From the NCBI GenBank assembly GCA_963705105.1, contig CAVPIW010000007.1:32001-96000 (forward strand): a stretch of DNA of 64,000 nt. The letters run 5' to 3'. Positions 53,601 through 61,633 of the stretch are shown here, one piece after another. The translations under genes and the position numbers were made by a program. The notes under the pieces were generated by a model. That model had not been told where the DNA came from, ran no database searches, and was given only the letters and a program-made list of their open reading frames with translations. Each line of letters begins with the position of its first letter. Position 1 is the first letter of the stretch. Source of the DNA: an uncultured Nitrospiraceae bacterium (GTDB lineage: Bacteria > Nitrospirota > Thermodesulfovibrionia > Thermodesulfovibrionales > Dissulfurispiraceae).

Positions 53601-55220
53601 GGCTACAACCCCGCTGGAAAACTCAATAGCGCAACAATTGGGAGAGGGCATTATTCCTTTACCTATAATGCGACAACGGGCAACCTGGAAAGGATAACCT
53701 CGCCCGATGGGATAACTCTGACATATTCACGCGCCGGGTTCCTCCTGACCGGCGCGTCCTGGGCGGGGGCTGTCACAGGTAACGTGGGATACACGTACAA
53801 CAACAATTTCTGGGTCACGAGCCAGACGGTCAACGGCGGCAACAGCATTTCTTTCGCATATGACGCCGATGGTCTCATGACCGGTGCGGGGGATCTTGCG
53901 ATTAACCGTAACGCGCAAAACGGTCTGCTGACTGGAACCGCTCTTGGAAATATGACCGATTCATTCACGTACAATTCCTATGGGGAAGTCTCCCAGTACA
54001 TCGCTTCTTATGGCGGATCGCCTATCCTGTCAGTCCAATATGACCGTGACGAACTCGGCAGGATCATCAGGAAGACCGAGACCATCGGTAATGCGACCAG
54101 CGTTTATGAGTATGGATACGACCTTGCCGGGCGTCTGAACCAGGTCAAGAAAGACAGCGCCGTTATTTCCGAGTATACGTATGATCCCAACGGGAACCGC
54201 CTCAGCCTCACCACTCCGAGCGGGACCGTTGCCGGAACATATGATGACCAGGACAGGCTGCTGAGTTATGGGACCTTCAACTACACGCATTCACTGGCAG
54301 GGGAACTGAAGAGCAAAAAGAACGAGTCAACGGGTGCGACAACAAACTACGTCTACGACGAACTGGGGAACCTTGTCTCCGTAACCATGCCTGATGGCAC
54401 ATTGATCGAATATGTCATAGACGGACAGAATCGCCGTATAGGGAAGAGGGTGAACGGTGCATTAGTGCAAGGCTTACTATACGAAGGCCAGTTGCGCCCC
54501 GTCGCCGAACTGGATGGCTCAAACAACATCGTCAGCCGCTTCGTGTACGCGAACAAAGTGAATGTTCCCGAGTACATGATCAAAGGTGGCGTAACCTATC
54601 GGATCATCACCGACCATCTCGGAAGTCCAAGATTAGTGGTCAATGTTGCTGATGGCTCAATCGTCCAACGCATAGACTACGACGAGTTTGGAAACGTCAT
54701 CCTTGACACAAACCCTGGCTTTCAACCGTTTGGCTTTGCTGGTGGTCTGTTCGATCAGAACACTAAGCTCACAAGATTTGGGGCGAGAGACTATGATGCG
54801 CAATTAGGAAAGTGGACATCGAAGGATCCAATCGGATTCCTGAGTGGGGATGCCAATATCTACGAATATGTAAGGAGTAGCCCAGCAAATTCAACCGACC
54901 CAAGCGGCTTGTCTGAATGTTCGGAGAAATGTGATAAGCTATCTGTATTAGGTATTCCCGCCCTACACGCACTGTTGGAAAAGTTGTCTGGACCGGGAGC
55001 AGAATTTTTGTCAAAACTATACTATTTCTTAACTGACGCGCGTTTCGTTGCATTTGGCAAATACTCAACTGTACTTGTGCCTGCCCTCGCTGGCACAATA
55101 GCCACAGTTATTGAACCAGTCATATATGCGTATGGCATATATGAATTGTATAAGTATATTAAAGAAAACTACGATATAGAAGTAGATCCAGACCTATTGA
55201 AATGCCTCTTAGGAAATTGA
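47625..55220 (+). CDS. Secreted teneurin-like RHS/YD protein (signal peptide, 4 PKD-like Ig repeats, 2 Cys-rich repeats, FN-plug, NHL propeller, YD shell, RHS core, variable C-terminus)
   Basis: N.PPVA.AG.(D/N)Q x4; NGIDEDC(N/D)G x2; LRYQSDRTPGY and WSLNIHH; P..VA.GPDGS.Y..D.N.RIR repeats; YD repeats; PFGFAGG..FGARDYD..G.W...DP; PANSTDPSGL. Confidence 0.9.
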   Translation: MSVRNAVTRGQFLQGRFCRAIATILSFLMVVQVWPLQEVAAAQKSKPVLQPSSAIVQEYNDLSSFIETLPDSTLNKGQRNSLLSKLRNSLAAYQRGKPCTAANILNAFLNETAAMKRQFGIAQYLNNLAGALRHHLLASLPPDFKCSIADTNAPPVADAGPDQTVKVGATVTLDGSASNDADGDPLTFKWSFVSIPEGSAVALSGPATVNPTFVIDKPGTYVVQLIVNDGHVDGAPDTVSISTQNSPPVASAGPDQTKKVTEMVTLDGSKSSDVDGDLLRFSWSFVSVPEGSTATLSDATKVMPTFVVDKPGTYVIQLIVNDGAVDSAPDTVIISTENSPPVAEAGPNQSVHVGDVVTLDGSGSSDLDGDPLTYSWSVVSKPPTSGAVLSSPASQHPSLTVDKAGVYVIQLIVNDGKVNSEPDTVTVTTFNTPPVADAGQDQNAFVGQTVVLDGGGSYDIDGDPITYGWSFTSIPLGSAVTLSDQTTVNPAFTPDTAGLHVVQLIVNDGKVDSQPDTASVSVTVAECQPGATRPCYEGPQGTLGIGQCKEGLQTCGPDYAFGSCVGQVLPGDEILNNGIDEDCNGLDAQCMPGSTQPCYTGPAGTEGVGICRAGTVTCDANGVYGECVGQILPLAETPDNGIDEDCDGRDAVTQVLPPDPVTVAPPIDQTVATTVHASTAFLYTGSNPIQTGVAPGTIELKRAAVLRGKVMDREGNPLPGMTITILNHPEFGQTLSRADGMFDMAVNGGGYFTVKYEKIGFFPAQRQVQIPWQDYTWLPDVIMMAADPQVTTVELISNEPVQVARGTVQTDADGVRQATILFPQGTQATMVMPDGSTAPLTTLTVRATEYTVGPNGLKLMPAELPPTSGYTYAVELSADEAITAGAKTINFNQPLYFYVDNFLGFPVGLQVPVGYYDRDRGVWVPSPDGRVIKIVGISGQLADIDTNGDNVPDNDPSLGIAEQERAKLATLYNVGQSLWRAPIYHFSTYDLNYGVGPVAGAGGPGQSQANNSNNPNPSCSFGSIIECENRSIGEVVGVVGTPFALRYQSDRTPGYKNSFTLNIPVSGETVPSPLKRIDLNVTVAGRTFTQTFVSAPNQSHTFTWDGFDGFQRELMGGQSATVLIDYIYDGFYNRPPSHAASFGLPSGSRVPGDIPARQEVSLSQKYTARVGTWSNRSAGLGLWSLNIHHAYDPVAKVLYFGNGRQKSAESVQNTIDTSAGNGTAFFDGDGGPADKTSFSWPSSVAIGPDGSLYVLDYINGRVRKIGPDGIVSTVAGGGSCGPGIGDNGPATSACLGRPQGIALGPDGSLYIADSDNHRIRRVDKGGFIATLAGTGIQGYGGDGGPATQAYLNWPNDVAVGSDGSVYFSDGHNNRIRRVGTDGIITTTAGGGSGYRNDVPATQVSIFPSTLDVAKDGSVYLREYPSYHIHRIAPDGIITTFVGGGSNPGDGIKASEAAIGFTGAVAVGPDGSVYLRESMRIRRVGTDGIVTTVAGNGKQGFEGDTGPATAASVFDTADIAVSPDGSVYLAEHAAHRIRRVAFPLPALTPDPLAISSDDGSEVYVFSSAGRHLETRDVLTGTVKYAFSYNQAGQLTQITDADNNVTTIERDGIGNPMAIVAPFGQLTILSVDSNGYLASIINPAKETTRMAYTRDGLLASFTDPNGNTSTMEYDAMGLLRKDQNAAGGFWQLASERSPQISDVFVSSALGRRTRYLTQYLSTGDVRDTTTHPDQTSIVRLTKTDGTTETTAPDGTITTVVEGPDPLFGMQAPVQRSLTITVPDTKLVYTSATTRTATKPNQSHPLGIQSITETKTVNSRVFTTAFDFSTLTRTRTSPFGRQTTEVLDAKGLVIETRVPGIEPVKFTYDANGRLSSALQGSRTISLAYDTRGNLSSITDPLLRTVSFDYDLAERVTQQTFPDARDVNFDYDQNGNLTSLTPPGRPSHGFTHNEVNMQVDYVPPAISQGPSTTTNSYNLDKEPTTITRPDGSAITFGYNPAGKLNSATIGRGHYSFTYNATTGNLERITSPDGITLTYSRAGFLLTGASWAGAVTGNVGYTYNNNFWVTSQTVNGGNSISFAYDADGLMTGAGDLAINRNAQNGLLTGTALGNMTDSFTYNSYGEVSQYIASYGGSPILSVQYDRDELGRIIRKTETIGNATSVYEYGYDLAGRLNQVKKDSAVISEYTYDPNGNRLSLTTPSGTVAGTYDDQDRLLSYGTFNYTHSLAGELKSKKNESTGATTNYVYDELGNLVSVTMPDGTLIEYVIDGQNRRIGKRVNGALVQGLLYEGQLRPVAELDGSNNIVSRFVYANKVNVPEYMIKGGVTYRIITDHLGSPRLVVNVADGSIVQRIDYDEFGNVILDTNPGFQPFGFAGGLFDQNTKLTRFGARDYDAQLGKWTSKDPIGFLSGDANIYEYVRSSPANSTDPSGLSECSEKCDKLSVLGIPALHALLEKLSGPGAEFLSKLYYFLTDARFVAFGKYSTVLVPALAGTIATVIEPVIYAYGIYELYKYIKENYDIEVDPDLLKCLLGN

Positions 55221-55460
55221 ACAAGGGACAGAAAGAGTGACGGTTCTTGGGAGTTCTTGAGGGGTCTCTGATTTAACGGCTTGAACAGGTAAATTAGGTG
55301 TCGGTCTTTGGGCCAAAATAGGGACAGCGACCATTAACGCGAATCGCCCCAGTCATGAGGCTGGGTGGGTCAGAGGAGGCAAAGGGTCGGAGGAGGCAAA
55401 GGGTCGCGTCTACACATTTGACAGAAATGCTTTTTGCTTCATTAAAGAAACGAGGATTAG

Positions 55461-55495
55461 GTGTCAGGTTTGACTCTTGACAAGTCACCTGACAC
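55461..55495. repeat. REP-like hairpin upstream of a RAYT remnant
   Basis: gtgtcaggtttgact-cttgaca-agtcacctgacac. Confidence 0.6.
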
Positions 55496-55618
55496 AGGAA
55501 AAAGGGACTTGGATTGAACATGTGCATATCATGTCATAGGTAAGGGAAAAGCAACCCCTTGGCAGTACGCACTCCCGCTAATGGTGGGGAAGCCGAGCCC
55601 AAGGGGTTTTTAGTTTCT

Positions 55619-55725
55619 ATGGCCTAAAATTCGACACGACATTGAATACCCCGGAGCGCTGTATCACATCACCAGCCGGGGCAATGAGCACAGGAAGATA
55701 TCTCGTGACGATGCTGACAAATTAA
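55619..55725 (+). pseudogene. N-terminal remnant of a REP-associated tyrosine (Y1/HUH) transposase
   Basis: IEYPGALYHITSRGNEHRKISRDDADK; start codon is out of frame. Confidence 0.75.
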
Positions 55726-55789
55726 CCCGGGAGAAACCTACCCGGAGACACCCTGAAAATTCTATTGCAGGGTGTCTGTTATTTCAGGG

Positions 55790-56010
55790 ACGTTACTGAG
55801 AGGGCATGCGGAAATTCTGTCATTTATAGGATAAGCGTACTCGCCGGGATACCAGACCACGCATGGTCACGGTTCCGTGCCGAGATGGCAGTATGCAGCC
55901 GAGACCGTGTTGCCGCCGGCGCCTCACTAAACTTGAGCTCGACACCAAACCGTCGCTCCCCCAGTTGGAGCCGGATCATTTGATCGGAACCATTGTGTGG
56001 CCAACGGAGA
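55790..56010 (-). pseudogene. Degenerate C-terminal remnant of an AAA ATPase/DUF4143-type protein
   Basis: Minus-strand peptides GERRFGVELKFSEAP and, after frameshifts, YPGEYAYPINDRISACPL; family recognised from memory. Confidence 0.5.
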
Positions 56011-56215
56011 GAACTCCCAATCGCACAAGGGACGGCAGCTGACTAATCCTTCGGGCAAAACCAATTGCCGTCTTTCAGCTTGACTCACTATCCTTTTTTC
56101 GCTATGATGTGACGAAATGTAGTCGGCAGTTGACGAATCAAGTTATACAACAAGTCGATTTGGACACGAGAAAGTACTAAGGGCGCAACCAATCATCCAC
56201 GCCGGAGGGCATACC

Positions 56216-56566
56216 ATGGAATCAGTGGAATTAATAATACTGCTTATTGCCGCTGTGCTGATTTCTCTTTTATTCCGATGGAGGAAGTCTCAGACAGCGG
56301 GGCTTGGTTCCATGATATGCCGCAACTGCGGCTATATAGGGGAATCTAAAACAGTAACGAAAGGCAGCCTACTTATTGAAATAGCGCTCTGGCTATGCTT
56401 CATCGTGCCGGGGCTGATATACTCCCTTTGGCGGGTCACGACCAGATACTCTGCGTGCCCCACCTGCCATAATCCCACAATGATACCAATAGACTCGCCA
56501 ATAGGAAAGAAACTTGCCGCAGAAATTAAGGATGAATCGCGAAAGAATAATCTTATGCATCAATGA
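56216..56566 (+). CDS. Small membrane protein with a split zinc ribbon
   Basis: N-terminal TM helix, CRNC, hydrophobic segment, CPTC; GGAGG RBS; promoter TTGACT-17-TATGAT at 56080-56108. Confidence 0.75.
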   Translation: MESVELIILLIAAVLISLLFRWRKSQTAGLGSMICRNCGYIGESKTVTKGSLLIEIALWLCFIVPGLIYSLWRVTTRYSACPTCHNPTMIPIDSPIGKKLAAEIKDESRKNNLMHQ

Positions 56567-56585
56567 ATCAGAGTCGGAGTAAGAC

Positions 56586-56825
56586 ATGATCGAAAAACCC
56601 TGGTACAAGAAATGGTGGGGCGTGCTTCTCATAATCTTCGGTGTGCTGACATTCGTTAACATAGCCACTCAAAAGTACGTGCTGATGTCCAAGGCGTTGG
56701 CCTACAAGATAGCAAACGAGGGCCGTACACTTGAATCCGCCAAGAACGTCGGATTTAAAAAGCTCGTATTTACCGATGGCTTCAATAACAGTTGGACTTA
56801 TGATCTCACAAAGCCGAATGAATAA
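56586..56825 (+). CDS. Small membrane-anchored hypothetical protein
   Basis: KPWYKKWW plus TM helix; GGAG RBS. Confidence 0.6.
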   Translation: MIEKPWYKKWWGVLLIIFGVLTFVNIATQKYVLMSKALAYKIANEGRTLESAKNVGFKKLVFTDGFNNSWTYDLTKPNE

Positions 56826-56873
56826 TCCGCATATGCGACGAGCAGCACAACCCCGTTCACTAAGGAGCCTTGT

Positions 56874-58871
56874 ATGAGCAACGGTGACCTTAACTGGATC
56901 GCCAATTTCATCTGGGGGATCGCGGACGACGTGCTCCGCGATCTCTACGTCCGCGGCAAATACCGCGACGTTATTCTGCCTATGACAGTCCTGCGCCGCC
57001 TTGACGCCGTTCTCGAACCGACCAAGCAGGCGATGCTCGACATGAAGACCTCGTTGGATAAAGTCGGCATCGTCCACCAGGACCAAGCCTTGCGGCAGGC
57101 GGCCGGTCAGGCCTTCTACAATACGTCCAGGTTCACCCTGCGTGACCTCAAAGCCCGCGCCAGCCAGCAGCAACTCAAGGCCGACTTCGAGGCCTATCTC
57201 GACGGCTTCTCATCGAACGTCCAGGACATCCTGGAGAACTTCGAGTTTCGCAACCAGATTCCTCGGCTCTCAAAGGCAGATGCCCTGGGCACGCTGATCG
57301 AGAAGTTGCTTTCGCCGGACATCAACCTAAGCCCCAATCCCGTCCTGAATGCTGACGGTTCGGTCAAGCAGCCCGGCCTCGACAACCACGCGATGGGGAC
57401 GATCTTTGAGGAACTTGTCCGACGCTTCAACGAGGAAAACAACGAGGAGGCGGGCGAGCACTGGACACCGCGCGACGCCGTCAAGCTGATGGCACGGCTC
57501 ATCTTCCTGCCCATAGCCGACAAGATCGAGTCGGGAACCTATCTCATTTACGACGGCGCTTGCGGGACAGGCGGCATGCTTACCGTCGCGGAGGAAACCC
57601 TTCAGCAACTCGCCGAGGAACAGGGCAAGCAAGTGGCCATCCACCTCTACGGCCAGGAGATCAACGCCGAGACCTACGCCATCTGCAAGGCCGATCTCCT
57701 TCTCAAGGGAGAGGGTGACGCGGCGGACAACATCGTCGGCGGTCCCCAGCATTCGACACTTGCCAACGACGCCTTCCCGTCTCGCGAGTTCGACTTCATG
57801 CTCAGCAATCCACCTTATGGGAAGAGTTGGAAGGGCGATCTCGAACGCTTGGGCGGCAAGGAAGGCATAAAGGACCCTCGTTTCGTGATAGAGCATGCAG
57901 GAGACCCGGAGTACTCGCTTATTACGCGGTCGAGCGACGGTCAGATGGTGTTCCTCGCCAACATGCTCTCCAAAATGAAGCACGGGACGGAGCTCGGAAG
58001 CCGCATCGCCGAGGTGCACAACGGCAGCTCTCTTTTCACCGGCGACGCGGGTCAGGGCGAAAGCAACATCCGCCGTTGGATCATCGAAAAGGACTGGCTG
58101 GAGGCCATCATCGCCCTGCCGCTCAACATGTTTTACAACACAGGCATTGCCACGTACATCTGGGTGCTGAGCAACCGCAAACCCGATCTTCGCAAGGGCA
58201 AGGTGCAGCTCATCGACGCCTCTCAGTGGTTCAAGCCGCTGCGTAAGAATCTCGGCAAGAAGAACTGCGAACTGTCCGATGAAGATATCCGTCGCATCTG
58301 CGACACCTTTCTCGCCTTCGAGGAGACGGAGCAGTCCAGGATCTTCCCCAACGCGGCCTTCGGCTACTGGAAGGTGACGGTCGAGAGGCCCCTGCGCCTC
58401 AAAGGGATTGACGCCAGCCGGGCCTATACCCCCAAGGAGATCAAGGCGCTTAAAGAGACAGCGGACCGCGACGAATCCGTCTCGCCTGTGATCAAGAAAA
58501 TCCACAAGCCCGGCAAGGCCGCCCCGGACCCATTACACGGCCTCTTTGGAGTAACCTTCAACGGCAAGCGTTACGTCGTCGAATACGAGCCTGATCCCGA
58601 CCTGCGGGACACCGAGCAGGTGCCTCTGCTTGAAGAAGGGGGCATCGAGGCCTTCCTGCGCCGCGAGGTCCTGCCCCATGCCCCGGACGCCTGGTATGAC
58701 CCCGGCAGCGTTAAGACCGGTTACGAGATCAGCTTCACGCGCTACTTCTACAAACCGCAGCCACTGCGCACGCTGGAGGAGATCCGCGCCGATATCCTGG
58801 CGTTGGAAAAGGAGTCCGAGGGGCTACTCGCGGAGATCATAGGGGGAGGCCAGTCGCTGGAAAGCAATTAA
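56874..58871 (+). CDS. hsdM: Type I R-M methyltransferase subunit
   Basis: FIWGIAD, GEHWTPR, DGACGTGG, GQE, SNPPY (N6-adenine), FYNTGIATYIW. Confidence 0.96.
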   Translation: MSNGDLNWIANFIWGIADDVLRDLYVRGKYRDVILPMTVLRRLDAVLEPTKQAMLDMKTSLDKVGIVHQDQALRQAAGQAFYNTSRFTLRDLKARASQQQLKADFEAYLDGFSSNVQDILENFEFRNQIPRLSKADALGTLIEKLLSPDINLSPNPVLNADGSVKQPGLDNHAMGTIFEELVRRFNEENNEEAGEHWTPRDAVKLMARLIFLPIADKIESGTYLIYDGACGTGGMLTVAEETLQQLAEEQGKQVAIHLYGQEINAETYAICKADLLLKGEGDAADNIVGGPQHSTLANDAFPSREFDFMLSNPPYGKSWKGDLERLGGKEGIKDPRFVIEHAGDPEYSLITRSSDGQMVFLANMLSKMKHGTELGSRIAEVHNGSSLFTGDAGQGESNIRRWIIEKDWLEAIIALPLNMFYNTGIATYIWVLSNRKPDLRKGKVQLIDASQWFKPLRKNLGKKNCELSDEDIRRICDTFLAFEETEQSRIFPNAAFGYWKVTVERPLRLKGIDASRAYTPKEIKALKETADRDESVSPVIKKIHKPGKAAPDPLHGLFGVTFNGKRYVVEYEPDPDLRDTEQVPLLEEGGIEAFLRREVLPHAPDAWYDPGSVKTGYEISFTRYFYKPQPLRTLEEIRADILALEKESEGLLAEIIGGGQSLESN

Positions 58872-58979
58872 AGATGGCTTTACTTATGGAATCACCGCTG
58901 ACACCTTAGTAAAGGTAGGGTTTAACATAACCCTCAAAATAGATTATATTAAGAGCAGCGGTTACCAAAGGAAGGACCC

Positions 58980-60158
58980 ATGTCGAAGCAGACTTCTTCC
59001 CGGGCAGGTCGGTATATCAGGCAACCTGCAGGCTATGATGCTTTCATTCCTGCACCCTTGCCGCCGAACCCGCCGTTGACCATCGATGAGTCCATGCAAA
59101 CGCTTCTGTCCCAAGCTGACCGCGCGCTCGGCAGGCTTGATGGATCAATCCAGACTCTCCCCGACCCGGATCTGTTTGTCTTCATGTACGTCCGCAAGGA
59201 GGCGGTTCTCTCCAGTCAGATTGAAGGAACACAGAGTTCCCTCATCAATCTTCTGGAAGCCGAGGCGATGATCTTCTCCCCCGATCGGCCCGGTGACGTC
59301 AGCGAGGTCATCAACTACGTTCACGCCATGAATCACGGGCTCAGCCGGCTGGCATCCTTACCCATCTCAATCCGCCTCATCCGCGAGATCCACGAGCTCT
59401 TGCTCAAAGGGGTACGAGGCGCCCACAGTGAGCCGGGCGAGTTGCGCCGCAGCCAGAACTGGATCGGTCCCGCCGGCTGCACTCTGCTTGACGCAGCTTT
59501 TGTGCCGCCTCCTCACGAAGAGGTTCCCAAAGCCCTGTCAGACCTGGAATTTTTCTTCCATCGGCAAACGGCCATCCCCATTCTCATTAAGGTTGGTATG
59601 GCCCATGCTCAGTTTGAGACAATCCACCCCTTTCTCGACGGCAACGGACGGATGGGGCGTTTGCTCATCACCTTCCTTCTCTGCGAGGGTGGCATCCTGC
59701 AAAAGCCTGTTCTCTACCTATCGCATTATTTCAAGCAGCGTCGCAACGAATACTATGATCGTTTGCAGGCTGTGCGCGATTTCGGGGATTGGGAGGGCTG
59801 GCTCACTTTCTTCCTGCGCGGAGTGACGGAGGTTGCCGTTGAGGCAACCGAAACGGCGAGGCGTATCGTCGACTTGCGGGAGAGCCATCGGCGCCTTATC
59901 ATAGGGAGTTTCGGCCGCGTCACCGCCGGCGGTCTCAAAGTACTCGAATCGCTGTACTCAAAACCGATTACAAGCGTGAAGGAAGTCCGCGCCCTCACCG
60001 GCATGACATTCCCCTCAGCCAGCGACCTGGTGAGGCGCTTTGTAGACGCCGGCTTGCTTACCGAGGTGACGGGTCGGGTCCGGAACCGACGCTTCAGCTA
60101 TGCGCCTTATATCGCGATCTTTTCTGACGATGATAAACTGAGGGAACAGACACGATGA
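58980..60158 (+). CDS. Fic-family protein with N-terminal inhibitory helix and C-terminal HTH
   Basis: HPFLDGNGRMGR catalytic motif; SSQIEG inhibitory motif. Confidence 0.93.
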   Translation: MSKQTSSRAGRYIRQPAGYDAFIPAPLPPNPPLTIDESMQTLLSQADRALGRLDGSIQTLPDPDLFVFMYVRKEAVLSSQIEGTQSSLINLLEAEAMIFSPDRPGDVSEVINYVHAMNHGLSRLASLPISIRLIREIHELLLKGVRGAHSEPGELRRSQNWIGPAGCTLLDAAFVPPPHEEVPKALSDLEFFFHRQTAIPILIKVGMAHAQFETIHPFLDGNGRMGRLLITFLLCEGGILQKPVLYLSHYFKQRRNEYYDRLQAVRDFGDWEGWLTFFLRGVTEVAVEATETARRIVDLRESHRRLIIGSFGRVTAGGLKVLESLYSKPITSVKEVRALTGMTFPSASDLVRRFVDAGLLTEVTGRVRNRRFSYAPYIAIFSDDDKLREQTR

Positions 60159-61633
60159 TCGCAGACCTCAAACCCTATCCGGCTTACAAGGACTCCGGCG
60201 TGCCGTGGCTGGGGGAGGTGCCGGAGCATTGGGAGGCCCATCGGATTCGTAATGCTACTGAAATGCGTGTGAGCAACGTCGACAAACACATGAAGGACAA
60301 CGAAGTACCAGTCCGGCTATGCAACTACGTTGATGTCTACAAACATGATCGCATCCGTCACGAAATGCCGTTCATGCGTGCTACCGCATCTCCAGAGGAG
60401 ATCGTGCGATTTCGACTTGAGCGTTGGGACGTACTCATTACCAAGGACTCGGAGGCATGGAATGACATCGGTGTGCCAGCTTTAGTCGAGCATCCTGCCG
60501 ATGACCTAATCTGTGGCTATCACTTGGCGCTTCTGCGTCCACAACGTGACCGTCTGAGTGGCGACTATCTATTTCGAGCTCTACAGAGTAATGCTGTGGC
60601 CCATCAGTTCCACGTGGCGGCGAACGGAGTAACGCGTTACGGGCTTTCACATGCTTCAATCAAGTCGATCTGGCTCCCAGTCCCGCCCCTCCCCGAACAA
60701 GCCGCTATAGTCCGTTTCCTTGACCACTATGACCGAAAGATCCGGCATTACATCCGTACCAAGCAAAAGTTGATCAAGCTGCTGGAGGAGCAGAAGCAGG
60801 TCATCATCCATAGCGCCATCACCCGTGGCCTCGACCCCAACGTCTGCCTCAAACCCTCCGGCATGGAGTGGCTGGGCGACGTGCCAGAGCATTGGGCAGT
60901 GGCACGACTGAAAACGTTAGTCTCCCAGGTGACGAGTGGATCACGTGGTTGGTCAAATTTCGCGGCAGACAATGGTCCATTGTTCATACGAATTGGTAAC
61001 CTTACACGTTCGTCGATTGGACTTGACCTTACCGACACAGTCAGGCTCAATCTTCCCAAATTTGCGAGTGTTGAAGCGGAACGCACAAGGATTCAGAAAA
61101 ACGATCTTTTGTTATCTATTACTGCCTATATTGGATCCGTTGCTGTCGTCCCCGGCAACCTCGGCGAAGCGTACATTAGCCAACATGTAGCCTGCTGTCG
61201 ACCCAAAACGACAATAGCAAACATTAAATGGATCGCGTATGTTTTATTGTCGCCGGTTGGACAAACGCACGGGCGACTTTGCATGTACGGCGGCACGAAG
61301 CAGGGACTTTCGCTTGACGATGTGAAGAATTACGTCGTTCTGCTTCCGTCTCCTGAAGAGCAGAACGCCTTGGTTGAATGGATAGAGAATGCAGCCGAGA
61401 GTATAGATCGTGCGATTGAAATCGCCCACCGCAAGATCTCCCTCCTCCACGAATACCGCACTCGCCTCATCGCCGATGTTGTCACCGGCAAGCTTGATGT
61501 GCGCGAAGCGGCTGCGAATTTGCCGGATGAACCCACGGGGCCAGCGACGTTCGACGAGGCTGATGCCCTGACTGACAACGAGGAAACCGTAACCGAAGAC
61601 CTTGACGGTGTTCATGAGGAGGCCGAGGCATGA
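60155..61633 (+). CDS. hsdS: Type I R-M specificity subunit
   Basis: Two TRDs each preceded by SG..WLG.VP.HW; PP..EQ..I; LIADVVTGK.DVR. Confidence 0.95.
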   Translation: MIADLKPYPAYKDSGVPWLGEVPEHWEAHRIRNATEMRVSNVDKHMKDNEVPVRLCNYVDVYKHDRIRHEMPFMRATASPEEIVRFRLERWDVLITKDSEAWNDIGVPALVEHPADDLICGYHLALLRPQRDRLSGDYLFRALQSNAVAHQFHVAANGVTRYGLSHASIKSIWLPVPPLPEQAAIVRFLDHYDRKIRHYIRTKQKLIKLLEEQKQVIIHSAITRGLDPNVCLKPSGMEWLGDVPEHWAVARLKTLVSQVTSGSRGWSNFAADNGPLFIRIGNLTRSSIGLDLTDTVRLNLPKFASVEAERTRIQKNDLLLSITAYIGSVAVVPGNLGEAYISQHVACCRPKTTIANIKWIAYVLLSPVGQTHGRLCMYGGTKQGLSLDDVKNYVVLLPSPEEQNALVEWIENAAESIDRAIEIAHRKISLLHEYRTRLIADVVTGKLDVREAAANLPDEPTGPATFDEADALTDNEETVTEDLDGVHEEAEA

